Shown in pieces: positions 11,147 through 21,413 of a stretch of DNA of 64,000 bases. Location of the stretch: NCBI GenBank assembly GCA_963788205.1, contig CAWBGG010000002.1, positions 193,988 to 257,987 of the forward strand, written 5' to 3'. Below the pieces are notes generated by a model. That model was not told where the DNA came from. It made no database searches and saw nothing but the letters and a program-made list of their open reading frames with translations. This DNA comes from an uncultured delta proteobacterium. GTDB lineage: Bacteria; Desulfobacterota; Binatia; Binatales; Binataceae. Made by a program: the position numbers and the translations under genes. Positions within the stretch are counted from its first letter, which is position 1. Every line of letters starts with the position of its first letter.

Positions 11147-13198
11147 TTGCCCATCGAGATCGCTTCAATGGCAACCAAGTCGGCAGCTCGGGTCAGGCAA
11201 GGACGCTCGTCGCAAGGGGGCTCGCCGCAAAGCCGCTCGACGGATGAGCCGGTCCGTCGCGCCGCACCAACGAGCCCGTGGTGGTGGGCCGCGGGTTTGG
11301 TGGTTCTCGCCGGATATGCAACCGCGCTGGCCTTGGCAACGCGGCCCGTGATGCTGGTCGACGACGCGGCCATAACCTTCCGCTATGCGGAACGCCTCGC
11401 AACCGGTAAGGGCTTCACCTACAACGATCACGAGCATGTGCTCGGCGCCAGCAACCCGCTGTACGTCCTCATTCTGGCCTCCTGCTCGATGGCTGGAATG
11501 GATATCGAGACCGCCGCGCGCGGACTCGGCATCGCGCTGTTTGCCGGCTCGGTCGTGCTCGCGGCCCTGATCGCCGCGCAGCTTGCCTCGTTGCCGGGCG
11601 GTCTGCTGGCGGGCGTGCTGCTGGCGTCCCATCCCTTTTTCCGCACGCTGGCGCTGTGCGGGATGGAATCCGGGCTGGCCGTCTTCCTGGGCCTGCTGGT
11701 GGTCTTGGCGCTGTCGTTGGATTGGCAGGTGCTTGCCGCGATAGTGCTCGGTCTGGCGGTATGGAACAAGCTCGACGCCGGGATGCTCGCGGTCGCGGTC
11801 GCCGTAGCGTGGCTCCTGGTCCGCCGCCGCCCGCCGCTGAAGATCGCTGCCATAGCCGCGCTGGTCGCGCTGCCCTGGTTCGGCTTCGCGCTATGGTACT
11901 TCGGCTCGCCGTTGCCGCGATCGATGATGGTCAAGCTGGCCAACAACACCGGCCTGCCGCCGGACCATCTGTGGATCGTTCGCGAAATTTTTACTTACCA
12001 GCAGGGTTTCGTTCCGCTGCTGATCCTCGGTGCGACGCTGGCGGCGCCGCGGGTGTGGCGAACGCTTGCGCCTGGGCAGCGGCTGGCGGCTGCCACGCTG
12101 GGCGGATGGTTCTTGTTACACGCGCTTGCGTTCTCGATGCTGTGGCTGGGCGACTATTACCATTGGTATCTCGCCGTGCTGTGTCCGCCGCCGATCATCC
12201 TGGGATGCGCGGCGGGCGTCAGGCTGCTGCGGCCGATCGCTGCGGCGGCGTGGAGCCGGCGTCTTATCGCGGCGGGCGCGGTCGCCTTGCTCCTGCTCGC
12301 CGTCGCGCCGCTAAAGCAGAGCTTTGCGCAACTCGGCAGGAATTCGACCGACAACTTCGAGATCTTCGATTTCGACCGCTGCATGGCCGGGCTGTTTCTC
12401 GCCCAGTATGCGAGCCCGTCGGAGGCGGTCGGGTCGAAATTCGGCTGGGTGGCGTACGAAATAGCAAATCCGTTCAATGATTTCTCGGGATTGAATAGTA
12501 TCAAGGCGCGGCTGCCTAATGAGTACTGGGTAATGCATGGGCAGCCGCCGTTCGAGGGCTTCAGCCGTCCGCTCGCGCCGCGCGGCTATATACCGCTGGC
12601 CACATTCAACCTTTTGAGTGATTTGGTGCCGGGCTCGAGCTGGTTTGAAGTATTCGGCAGACCCGATTCGATGGTGGCCCGCAGCGGCAAGCGCTGGCTT
12701 GCTTGGCGCCTGTTCGAGCTGCCGGCGCCCGATCCCGAACCGCCGGAATCGGGGCTGGGTCCCGCGGCGATAACCGGCAACGACCTGGACGCGAATCCGC
12801 CCAGCGGCGCCATCTTCACCGTCCAGAACGCGCATCAGCCGGTGCGGGTGGTGTTCATGCCCCTGGTGGGTGCGAACGATTCCGGCGGCGGCGCACTCTT
12901 CGAGCTCCGAGTGAACGGCCAACTCGCTTGGCAGTCGCGGGTTGATGCGGGCGATCGTCCGCAAATCGTCATAGCGCCGCTGCGCGGATCGGAGCTTCTC
13001 GACCGCTTCCAGCTCTCATTCATCACTCGGCCCGGCGGTGACGGCGGTCAACCGGCCGGCAGAGCGCAATGGCACGGCGTCAAAATCATGATTGGCGATG
13101 CGTACGTAGATATGGCGCGGCTGCGAGGCAATCCACTGGTGCCGCGATGGATTAGCTATAACGGCGCGCCGCCATCGGGAGAAACCGGCGCCCGGTGA
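11147..13198 (+). CDS. GT-C family membrane glycosyltransferase (ArnT/PMT-like) with C-terminal extracytoplasmic domain
   Basis: 683 aa. Multi-TM N-terminus containing LVDDAAITFRYAERLATGKGFTYN, which resembles the DExRYAE first-loop motif of ArnT/GT83 and GT39 enzymes. Followed by ~10 further TM helices and a ~250-aa soluble C-terminal domain. Confidence 0.6.
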   Translation: MPIEIASMATKSAARVRQGRSSQGGSPQSRSTDEPVRRAAPTSPWWWAAGLVVLAGYATALALATRPVMLVDDAAITFRYAERLATGKGFTYNDHEHVLGASNPLYVLILASCSMAGMDIETAARGLGIALFAGSVVLAALIAAQLASLPGGLLAGVLLASHPFFRTLALCGMESGLAVFLGLLVVLALSLDWQVLAAIVLGLAVWNKLDAGMLAVAVAVAWLLVRRRPPLKIAAIAALVALPWFGFALWYFGSPLPRSMMVKLANNTGLPPDHLWIVREIFTYQQGFVPLLILGATLAAPRVWRTLAPGQRLAAATLGGWFLLHALAFSMLWLGDYYHWYLAVLCPPPIILGCAAGVRLLRPIAAAAWSRRLIAAGAVALLLLAVAPLKQSFAQLGRNSTDNFEIFDFDRCMAGLFLAQYASPSEAVGSKFGWVAYEIANPFNDFSGLNSIKARLPNEYWVMHGQPPFEGFSRPLAPRGYIPLATFNLLSDLVPGSSWFEVFGRPDSMVARSGKRWLAWRLFELPAPDPEPPESGLGPAAITGNDLDANPPSGAIFTVQNAHQPVRVVFMPLVGANDSGGGALFELRVNGQLAWQSRVDAGDRPQIVIAPLRGSELLDRFQLSFITRPGGDGGQPAGRAQWHGVKIMIGDAYVDMARLRGNPLVPRWISYNGAPPSGETGAR

Positions 13199-13230
13199 AG
13201 GCGCGTCCCGCGGCGCGGCGGGGAACGGAG

Positions 13231-14280
13231 CTAGTTGCTCGCTCGCTCCACCTTGTGGCCGCCGCCCAGCGCCTGGTCGATCAGTGCGTCGAAATCCGCG
13301 TCAGGGCGCGCGCCGAAAAGGATGCGGCCGTTGATGTAAAAGGTGGGCGTTCCTTCGATCCGGAGGTTTTTGCCCTCGCCCAGGTCACGAGCCAGTTCTT
13401 CGCCATACTTGCTCTGGTCGAAGCAGGTGTTGAACTTGGTCGTGTCCAGCTTGAGCCGGGCGGCCGTGGCCTTCAAATCGGCGGGCTCCAGCTTTGTTTG
13501 ATCAGCGAACAACGCGTCGTGGTAGGGCCAGAATTTCCCTTGCTCCCCCGCGCATCGAGCCGCCATCGCAGCCTGGAATGCGTGGGGATGCTCGTACTGG
13601 GTGAAATCGAAGTACACCAGCCGTACCTTATTGCCGTACTTCGCCCGGATTTGCTTCAAAGTGCCCTCGGCCTGGCGGGTGAATGGGCATTGGAAATCAC
13701 CGAACTCGACGATCGTCACAGGCGCGTTCTTGGGTCCGATCGCATAATGGTTGCCGGCCGGAATGTTGAACCACGGCGACATCAGATGGTCTTTAATTCC
13801 AATCTCGAGCGTGAGCTTGGCCAGCAGTTCCTGGAGTAGCGCTTGCTTCTGCTGGTTCTTTATAAGTACGCTGATCCCTTCTTTCTCCAACTCGTACGGG
13901 CGCGGGAGCTGGGTCTTCATCGTCTCGTATTGCGCCCGAACCTGGGCTTCAGGTGGTTCCGTGACCTTGGCGTCAATTTCCCGGGCGATATAGGCCTGCA
14001 GGCTCAGATGCTCTTTTTCAGCCCCCTGGCGAATTAGTTCGTCGGCCGCGATTGCCTGTATGGCGTGCTCCCTGACCAAGTAGAGCTGGGCGTTGACGTT
14101 GTTAAGCTCGTCTCTGTACTTGTCGTCTATTTCTGCTTCGGTGATCTTATGCGTTCCAATTTTCGCCAGCACCGCGTCGGACGTGCCCGGATTTCCAGCG
14201 AAGGTGGTCACGCCACCAGCCATCAGTAGAGCCGCCGCCGATCCGAAAATCACGGCGATTGTTTTCCGAATTGAGACCAT
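13231..14280 (-). CDS. DsbA-family thioredoxin-fold protein with N-terminal SurA-N-like chaperone domain; unusual CPFT (monothiol) active site
   Basis: ...NAPVTIVEFGDFQCPFTRQAEGTLKQI...YFDF...AAMAARCAGEQGKFWPYHDALFADQ is DsbA/BdbD-like. The active-site motif reads C-P-F-T, not C-x-x-C; checked on the nucleotide sequence (ttc acc). N-terminal ~170 aa has a SurA-N-like helical region. Start chosen at MVSIRKTIAVIFGSAAALLMAGG (signal-like); the ORF extends to 14325. Confidence 0.65.
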   Translation of the reverse strand: MVSIRKTIAVIFGSAAALLMAGGVTTFAGNPGTSDAVLAKIGTHKITEAEIDDKYRDELNNVNAQLYLVREHAIQAIAADELIRQGAEKEHLSLQAYIAREIDAKVTEPPEAQVRAQYETMKTQLPRPYELEKEGISVLIKNQQKQALLQELLAKLTLEIGIKDHLMSPWFNIPAGNHYAIGPKNAPVTIVEFGDFQCPFTRQAEGTLKQIRAKYGNKVRLVYFDFTQYEHPHAFQAAMAARCAGEQGKFWPYHDALFADQTKLEPADLKATAARLKLDTTKFNTCFDQSKYGEELARDLGEGKNLRIEGTPTFYINGRILFGARPDADFDALIDQALGGGHKVERASN

Positions 14281-14492
14281 CCCGTCGCACTCCCGTTTCT
14301 GAAAATCCGTCCTCCTCAGCATCACAGCGTGATGAATTCTATGCAGACGGGCCTGATATTGCTAGCGCTGATCTCTTGCGGCGCGCGGGAGAATCCGTCA
14401 GGGCAGGGTAAAACGCGCGCGGGGGGCGAGCGCGAAGCCGGGAAGCGGCCTGCCGACCATCGCTGCCCGGACGCCGCGGCCGGAAATCGGTC

Positions 14493-15728
14493 TCAGCGCG
14501 ACAACTCGGCGACACCGTCCGGCGAGTGGAAGATACCGGCGTCGAGCATCCGTGCCAGGTCGGCAGCGGTTTGCGGAAGATGGTGAATCCGGGCGAACGA
14601 GGGCCATTCCTCGGCGCCAGGCTCGGGACTTTCGACCGACAACTTGTGAAGAGCGTCAAACAAAGTGTCGGGCGGGATGTCGATTTTGGCGAGATATTCG
14701 ATCGCAATCCGGTTAGCGTCTACCTCCTGCCATCGTGAGTAGCCGTAGTCCGGCAGAGCGAGCACGTCGGGATATTTCGGCACTTCCGGCAAGAATTTCG
14801 TTGATCCCACCAGGCGAACTTGCTCCCCGACCCTGAGATTTTGCGGGTATTGCTGGTAGCGCTCATGGCCCATCAAGTGAGCCATTGCCGCCGCCAGTTG
14901 ATCGTCACTGAGCTGCTCGACCAGGGTCGTACTGATGAACAGCGTCCCATCAGGCACGCCGAAGCCGCTCGCCACGGCCGAGTCGAACAGCACTGCCTTC
15001 CACTCGAGGCCCGCTACCGGGTTGGCCCGCTTCAGGCGCGTCAATGCCTGGTAGGCCCGCCGGCCGTAGTCGGCGCGTCCCTGCCGCATCTGCGAAGCGA
15101 TGCTCCCGGCCATCTGCGCCCAAGGCTGCCCATCGACGTTTGGCGGTGGGGGCGTGCCCAACTCGCCCACCCCGAAGTCTTCGCGCACACCGGCTGGAAT
15201 AGTCACCGGCCATGGCGGGGGCGTGGCGCCGACGCCGAGGGCGAAGCGGTATGCCGAGCGCGGCACAGCATTCATTCTGAAGACTTCGCGGCCGCTGTAG
15301 CGAGAACCTACCGGATCGAATTCCACGATGGTCGTTTCGTAGACCACGGTGTGGGGCGGATTCGGGTAATACATCGCGAACCACTGCGCGTCGACCGGGG
15401 CGAGCGACCGGTTGATCTCGACCGCTTCGGGTAGACCGTTGCTCTCCAGCGCCCCCTCAACCGTCGAGTCGGTGATCGCCGCGTCGCGCAGCAATTGCCC
15501 CCCCTCAGTGGTCGGGTTGGTCTGTTCGATTGCTGCCAGAGTGGGCGCGCGCGGAAAATCCTGGCGAGCCACCGCCAGCGGCAGGGCTTTGATGGTATAC
15601 AGCTCGTGGAGCCGGGCTTCCGAATTATTGAACGACGATTCGATCAGATATCCAAAGTTCGGCTGAGACAGGGCCGTGCATCCGGCGATGGCGGCGGCAG
15701 CGAGGACTGCCCACGACATGCGAGTCAC
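14493..15728 (-). CDS. hypothetical lipoprotein
   Basis: 411-aa ORF. N-terminus MSWAVLAAAAIAGCTAL has a lipobox-like IAGC. No catalytic motif confidently recognised (HLMGHE is not a canonical HExxH). Confidence 0.5.
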   Translation of the reverse strand: MTRMSWAVLAAAAIAGCTALSQPNFGYLIESSFNNSEARLHELYTIKALPLAVARQDFPRAPTLAAIEQTNPTTEGGQLLRDAAITDSTVEGALESNGLPEAVEINRSLAPVDAQWFAMYYPNPPHTVVYETTIVEFDPVGSRYSGREVFRMNAVPRSAYRFALGVGATPPPWPVTIPAGVREDFGVGELGTPPPPNVDGQPWAQMAGSIASQMRQGRADYGRRAYQALTRLKRANPVAGLEWKAVLFDSAVASGFGVPDGTLFISTTLVEQLSDDQLAAAMAHLMGHERYQQYPQNLRVGEQVRLVGSTKFLPEVPKYPDVLALPDYGYSRWQEVDANRIAIEYLAKIDIPPDTLFDALHKLSVESPEPGAEEWPSFARIHHLPQTAADLARMLDAGIFHSPDGVAELSR

Positions 15729-15819
15729 GCTTTACTCTGCTTATTCGGGCTATCGTCGTGCAAGGTTGCCCTGTCCCGCAAGGTCACTGGAGTCCACAAC
15801 GCGCACGCAGCTCGCGTCG

Positions 15820-17954
15820 TCAGTGTTGCGGCGTTGCGCCTTTGATCTGGCTCATCAGGCTCGCAGCGCCAGGGTCATACGGATCAATCTGCAAGGCCAC
15901 GCGGCAGTCGTCGAGCGCCTCACGGCTGCGTCCGTGCGCGCTAAGCAATCTGGCGGCATAGACGTATGGACGCGGGTCCTGCGGCTTGAGGTCGATAGCA
16001 TGCTGAAGCGCCGCGAGCGCTTCGTCGTCGCGGTCTTGATCGGACATGAGCAGGCCGAGCATCGTCCACACGCGTTGGTCGTCCGGATAGCGGCCGGTGA
16101 GGTCGCGCAAGGACTTTTCCGCGCCGATCTTGTCGCCGTGCCGCGCCGCCATACGCACCCGCATGAGGGCGACTTCCTGGGCGCCGCCAGGCCGGGCCTC
16201 GGCGAGCTTGAGGATCGCCTCGCTGCGATGCTGGTCGCCGTCGAGATTGTAGAGCTCGGCCAGCTTGGTGTACGTGTCGACGGGGACGTCGGGATCCAGT
16301 AGCAGGGCGCGCCACAGTTCCATTTCGGCCTCGCGGTTGCGGCCGAGTTGCACGTAAAGCAGACCCAGGTGCACGAGGTTATAGACGCCGTCGAGGTTCC
16401 TGAAGTCGGGGGTCAGGTTGCGCCATTGTTCAAGCTCGCGCACCGCCCCTGGGAGGTCGTGGCGCCGCTGGAGCGCGCCGCTCATTTGCGCATGCCAGAT
16501 GGCGGCTTCGGGAAACTCCTCGATACCGCGCTGCGACATTGTGAGGGCGTCATGCCAGTAGTGCAGCGTGCTCCACAACGACGCCGCACATACCAGCAGC
16601 CAAGCCGCCATCCCCGCCCATACCAATCGGCGATAGAAATCGCGCCGCGCGAAGCCAGCCAGCACGGTGGCGGCCATGAGGCACCATCCGAACGACGGCA
16701 GGTAAAGGTATCGGTCTTGCACGACCATATCGAAACGAAGGGCCGACGTGTTCATCGCGGGCGCGATCGCAACCGCCATCCAGCCGGCGCAAAACAGGTA
16801 CAGCCGCCGGCGCGGGGAATTCATGATCGCCACGACCGCGAGCGCGAGGGCGGCGATGACCATCGTGGCGGGCATCCAGAACCCCGATGCGCCGATACTC
16901 GCCGGTGGGAGCAGGCGATGCGCCGGGCCCGCCGTCCACGGAACCACCAGCAGCATCGCATAGGTTGCGAGGACTTCGGGCACGCTCATCAAAGCCTGCG
17001 CGGTGGTCATGTGATGGCCGTGCGGCGGGCTGGTTATGGCCCCCACGGCCAATTTGTGTATGGCCAGATAAATGAAGACCTCCGCTACGAACGGCAGCAC
17101 ACGGGCAATCGCCAGGCGCAGGCGTACTTTCAGTGCCGGGGTGCCGGCAGGCGATTCGAGCAAGAAGACGTAGAGCGCGAGCAGCGCTGGAAACGTTATA
17201 GCGCTCTCGTGCGACAGGAGCGCGCCGGCGTATAGCAAGAGCCCAGGCCATGAGATGAACTGCTGCCGCCGCTCGTCACGAACTGGTAGAACGCTGCCAG
17301 TTCAAGCGTACCGACCAGCGGCAGATCAACCCCAGACGGCCACGCGAGCGAGTCGGCGTGAACCGGGAGCAGACCGAACAGCGCGGCCGCAACGAGCGCG
17401 CTCTCGAATTCACCGGTCAAGCGCTCGGCGATCTTGTATACGAGCCAGACCGCGACCAGATAAAGCAGGATCTGAGTGACGTGCCATCCGACCGGGTTGG
17501 CGCCGAAAAGCCAATAGTTGAGCCAATACCATTCGAGCCACACTGGCCGATAGAAAACTGTGACATGGGCCTGCGGATTCCGAAACCAGGCGGCGTCGAG
17601 GTAGAAAGCCTTCCAGGCAAATGACCACTGGCCGATGTAGTGGTTGGTAAGGATGTAAGATTCGTCGTCCGAGACGAAGTTGTTGCCCAGGCATCGCAGG
17701 GACGCGAGCGCGGTGACAATCAGCACCGCGGCCAGCATCAGGCGCTCGCGACCGGTAGCGAACCCGGATAGTCCGCGGGAATCGTGCAAATCTCGACCGG
17801 GCGAGCGCGCAACCTCTGGCGAAGCCAGTGACGGCGAGCGGCTGGAGCGCCAAGTCTTCATTTGACGATCATACTGAACGCGCCGCCGCTCCAGGTAACG
17901 CACCCTGGCGGTCGCCGCAGCGGGCAACAATTGTCCCGGGGCGGTGACGATCAA
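15820..17954 (-). pseudogene. TMTC-like membrane protein (DUF1736 + TPR), paralog 2, interrupted by a frameshift near 17270-17295
   Basis: N-terminal piece is ORF 17196-17954 (...LASLRCLGNNFVSDDESYILTNHYIGQWSF...LELAAFYQFVTSGG). C-terminal piece is ORF 15820-17238 in the -1 frame (MLYAGALLSHESAITFPALLALYVF... + TPRs). Shifting one nucleotide within cagttcgtgacgagcggcggcagcag restores ...FYQFVDERRQQFISWPGLLLYAGALLSHESA..., which is colinear with the intact paralogs. Confidence 0.6.
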
Positions 17955-18182
17955 GAAATTCCTGAATCATCCGGGCGGCCTGAGCAGCGGAAATCACGCC
18001 GAGCCGGCAATTTATCACACCGCGCGTACGCAAAGCCCGCGTGTTGCCAGCCGCGCGATTCGTTTGGTAGCATCCCGCGCCGATGTCGCAGGAGATTTCT
18101 GCGCTCGTAGCGCCGATTGAGCGCGAACCCCTTCGGAACCCAAACGGAAAATGCTGGTGACTTTGGCGCCCGCGAGGCGTGA

Positions 18183-19979
18183 GTGAGTGCGCCTTCGCCA
18201 GGCGCTGCGTTTGCTGCGCCGGAGGCCGCGCCGGGCCAGGAATCGCGCCGCGGCGAAGCCATGCTCTACGCCGGCGTGGCGGTGATTTCGGTAATCGTTC
18301 TGCTCTGGCAATTCTATCCTTGCTGGCTGGACCTCGAGGTGCCCTTTACCTACACGGGCGGCGACGCGCTCCTTCAGGGATTTTTCGTCAAGACCATAGT
18401 CAACTACGGATGGGTGTCGTATAACCCGTCGGTCGGCGCCCCGTTCGGCCTTGACTTTCGCGCTTTCCCGCGCTCGGAAGCGCTGCATATTGGGATCATC
18501 TGGGGGATGTCGCTGTTTATTCACGATTGGCCGGTGCTGCTCAACCTCTTCTACCTGTTCGGCTTCATCCTGACCGCGATTACTGCCCTGTTCCTGCTGC
18601 GGGAATTTTCCGTATCGCGACCGGCCACCGTAGTGGCGGCGATACTATTCACCTTTCTTCCCAGCCATTTTCTGCGCGGCGAGCCGCATGCTTTTCTGGC
18701 ATCTTATTATGTAGTTCCGCTCACCTCAGTTGTCATTTTGTGGATAGCCTGTGGCTATGCGCTCAGCGGCAGGCGCCGCTGGTTGGCCGGGATAATCTCG
18801 GTGCTAACCGGCCTTTCGGGCGTTTACTACGCCTTCTTCGGCGCCGTTTTCCTGCTGGTCGCCGGCTTGCGTGGCAGCCTCCGCAGACACAATTTCCAGC
18901 CCATGCTTGCAGCGGTCGTGTGCAGCTCCCTGGTCTCAGCGGCAATAGGGGCGTCGCTAATCCCCAATATCCTGTTCCTGCGCCAACAGGGAATGGAGGC
19001 GGTGAGCGCCGCGGTGGTGCGGACGATGCCGCAGGATGCCGAATTCTATGGGCTCCGGATCGCGCAGATGCTGCTGCCGGTTACCCACCATCGCGTACCG
19101 CTCCTGGCCCGATTCAAGGACGCGTACAACGCCAAGGAACTCGCCGGTAATCTGACCGAGAGCGATGATGCTTCGCTCGGCCTGATCGCGAGCGCCGGGT
19201 TTCTCGCGATCTTCGCCTCGCTTTTGTTCCAGTTCGGGCGCGACGAGTTGTGGCAGAGCCTCTGCCTGTTGACCGGCGCCGCGGTGCTGCTGGGCATGAT
19301 CGGCGGCTTGGGCGCGGTGCTGATTTTTGTCATTCCCCAACTGCATGCCTACAATCGCGTCAGCATCTATATTGCGGTGTGGTCGCTGTTAGCGGCGGCA
19401 CTACTATGGGATCGCGCCGTGAAGCGGTTGAAATCACCGGCGCTGCGCCGTGCCGCTCCCTTGCTCCTCATTCCAATCCTGGTGGCCGGTATCTTCGATC
19501 AGGCGCCGGCAGCGGTGGGGGACGTTCCATGGTCGACCATGAAGACGGAATACGGCAACGACCGGAGATTCGTGGCGGAGATTGAAAGACGCCTGCCGCC
19601 CGGCGCGATGATTTACCAACTCCCATACGTGCCGTTTCCGGAACATCCGCGCGTAGGTAAAATGTTCGACTACGATCTGCTCCGGGGCTATCTGCATTCG
19701 GGCGATCTCCGCTGGAGCTACGCGTTGATGAAAGGCTCTGCCGCAGACGCGTGGGAACGTAAGGCGGCCGGTCAGCCGGTTCGCCAGTTCGTCGCTTACC
19801 TGGTGCAGAACGGCTTCCGGGGCCTATACGTGGATCGTTTCGCCTACGACGACCATTCGCTAGCCCGGCTCGAAGCCGCCCTGAACTCAATCCTCGGCCC
19901 ACCCGCGGTCGTTAGCGACAATCAACGGCTGGTTTTCTATCTGTTGCCCGCGCCGACAACGACGCGACCCGGCGATTAA
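18183..19979 (+). CDS. uncharacterised polytopic membrane protein (possibly YfhO/GT-C-like)
   Basis: 598-aa ORF. Likely real start at MLYAGVAVISVIVLLWQFYPCWLDL (about 18258). ~12 predicted TM helices. The early loop GDALLQGFFVK...W..NP.VGAPFGLDFRAFP resembles the periplasmic loop motif of YfhO-like proteins. Confidence 0.5.
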   Translation: MSAPSPGAAFAAPEAAPGQESRRGEAMLYAGVAVISVIVLLWQFYPCWLDLEVPFTYTGGDALLQGFFVKTIVNYGWVSYNPSVGAPFGLDFRAFPRSEALHIGIIWGMSLFIHDWPVLLNLFYLFGFILTAITALFLLREFSVSRPATVVAAILFTFLPSHFLRGEPHAFLASYYVVPLTSVVILWIACGYALSGRRRWLAGIISVLTGLSGVYYAFFGAVFLLVAGLRGSLRRHNFQPMLAAVVCSSLVSAAIGASLIPNILFLRQQGMEAVSAAVVRTMPQDAEFYGLRIAQMLLPVTHHRVPLLARFKDAYNAKELAGNLTESDDASLGLIASAGFLAIFASLLFQFGRDELWQSLCLLTGAAVLLGMIGGLGAVLIFVIPQLHAYNRVSIYIAVWSLLAAALLWDRAVKRLKSPALRRAAPLLLIPILVAGIFDQAPAAVGDVPWSTMKTEYGNDRRFVAEIERRLPPGAMIYQLPYVPFPEHPRVGKMFDYDLLRGYLHSGDLRWSYALMKGSAADAWERKAAGQPVRQFVAYLVQNGFRGLYVDRFAYDDHSLARLEAALNSILGPPAVVSDNQRLVFYLLPAPTTTRPGD

Positions 19980-20999
19980 AGCACACCAACCAGCCAATTC
20001 CGGCCGAATTTTGCCAAACATTCGAGGTGGACCGCGCGCGAAGCTCAACCCCCAAAATTTCGCAACTCGTCGAGGCTTCGTCCCAACAAACTCTCCAGCG
20101 ACCTGATGTCGGGTTCGAAGATCGCGCGCAGCCATTCGACCGATTTTCCATCGAGCGCCGGTCGCGGGCCGCGGCTCAGGAAAAAGGGCTCGAAGATACT
20201 TCTCTTTATCCGGTAGGTTGAACCGGCGCTCGGCGGAACAAGGAGCTCGAGCCAGCCGCCTGCTGTAGCGGTTGCCGGCTATCAGCGGTACCCAGCGCCA
20301 TCGCGGCAGGCCGAATTCGTTGCCGACGTACGAAGTATCGATTGCGTGGCCTGGGGTCAGCTCCAGAAATTCAAACACCTCGGTAACAGTGCGGGCGGGA
20401 AACTTGTTGAGATTCCCGAGCATCAGAATCCGGACCTGCGACCGGCCGAACAGGTCCAGGTAGCGCTTTACCTGATCGTAATAGAGACCGAGTTCAATAT
20501 AGAGATGAGAAACGCCGAAGCCTTTGCTCCGCTGGTTCCAATCCTCGCGCAGGGCCTGGTCGAAAGGCGCACGCACCCAACCCTCCCGGACATCCATCAG
20601 GTAGTGCGAATATGCGCGTTCCACCGGATCGCGCAGGACGATTATGATCTTTGCGCCGGGGCTGACAGCCTTGATCCGCTCCGCCGTTCCGCGCTCCCAC
20701 AGATACGAGGAACTCGCATCGCCAATGGCCTTGTAACCTTCAGCCTTGGCAAAGAGCCGCAAATAGGTTTGTTGGTCCGCTACGTGGCTGATCGGAAAGC
20801 GCATCTGCCCGCACGGCGGGAGGCGGGAGAAGAAATGAGGCTCTTTCATCGCAGGCATGAAGACCTCGGGATGCTGCCGAAGGTAGATGTATAGCGAGGT
20901 CGTGCCGCTGTTCTGCGCGCCTGCGATGAAGAAATTTGGCCAGGCTCCGGCTTCCGAAGACGCTGCTACCCGATGAGGAAATGCCGCTGCCATGGTCAA
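19887..20999 (-). CDS. sulfotransferase family protein
   Basis: 370 aa. FFIAGAQNSGTTSL (5' PSB, PAPS phosphate-binding P-loop) and ...IIVLRDPVERAYSHY (3' PB motif) are the hallmarks of the sulfotransferase fold. Confidence 0.7.
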   Translation of the reverse strand: MTMAAAFPHRVAASSEAGAWPNFFIAGAQNSGTTSLYIYLRQHPEVFMPAMKEPHFFSRLPPCGQMRFPISHVADQQTYLRLFAKAEGYKAIGDASSSYLWERGTAERIKAVSPGAKIIIVLRDPVERAYSHYLMDVREGWVRAPFDQALREDWNQRSKGFGVSHLYIELGLYYDQVKRYLDLFGRSQVRILMLGNLNKFPARTVTEVFEFLELTPGHAIDTSYVGNEFGLPRWRWVPLIAGNRYSRRLARAPCSAERRFNLPDKEKYLRALFPEPRPATGARWKIGRMAARDLRTRHQVAGEFVGTKPRRVAKFWGLSFARGPPRMFGKIRPELAGWCALIAGSRRCRRGQQIENQPLIVANDRGWAED

Positions 21000-21413
21000 T
21001 CAGGCCAGAAAAGAGCATACACCGGTCGTTCTAAATACGGAGATTCCGAACGCGCGTTTCGATGAAGCTTGTCTCCGAACAACGCACGCACGGACGGGCG
21101 ATCGCGATCGCGGAACGCAAGATTCCACATTCCACGTGCTGCTCAGAGCGCCTGGGGGTTCCCCAAGATGGCCAAAGGCGGCGAAGCGGCTTTTTTAGAT
21201 CGCCATTCCCGGGCGAGCCACCGCCAGCATAAGACTGCCGCCGCGGGCCGAAATTTTTTGCGGCCCGATCTACATCGTTGAGGCTAGCGAAGCATTCGTG
21301 GCGCTGAGCATTTAATCAATCAACGCGCTAGGAAAGAAATGACGCCAGGCGAATCGGCGCGGCGCTCATCGCGGAGGCGAACGCATACGCACCAGACGAA
21401 ATGCCGCTGGTCG

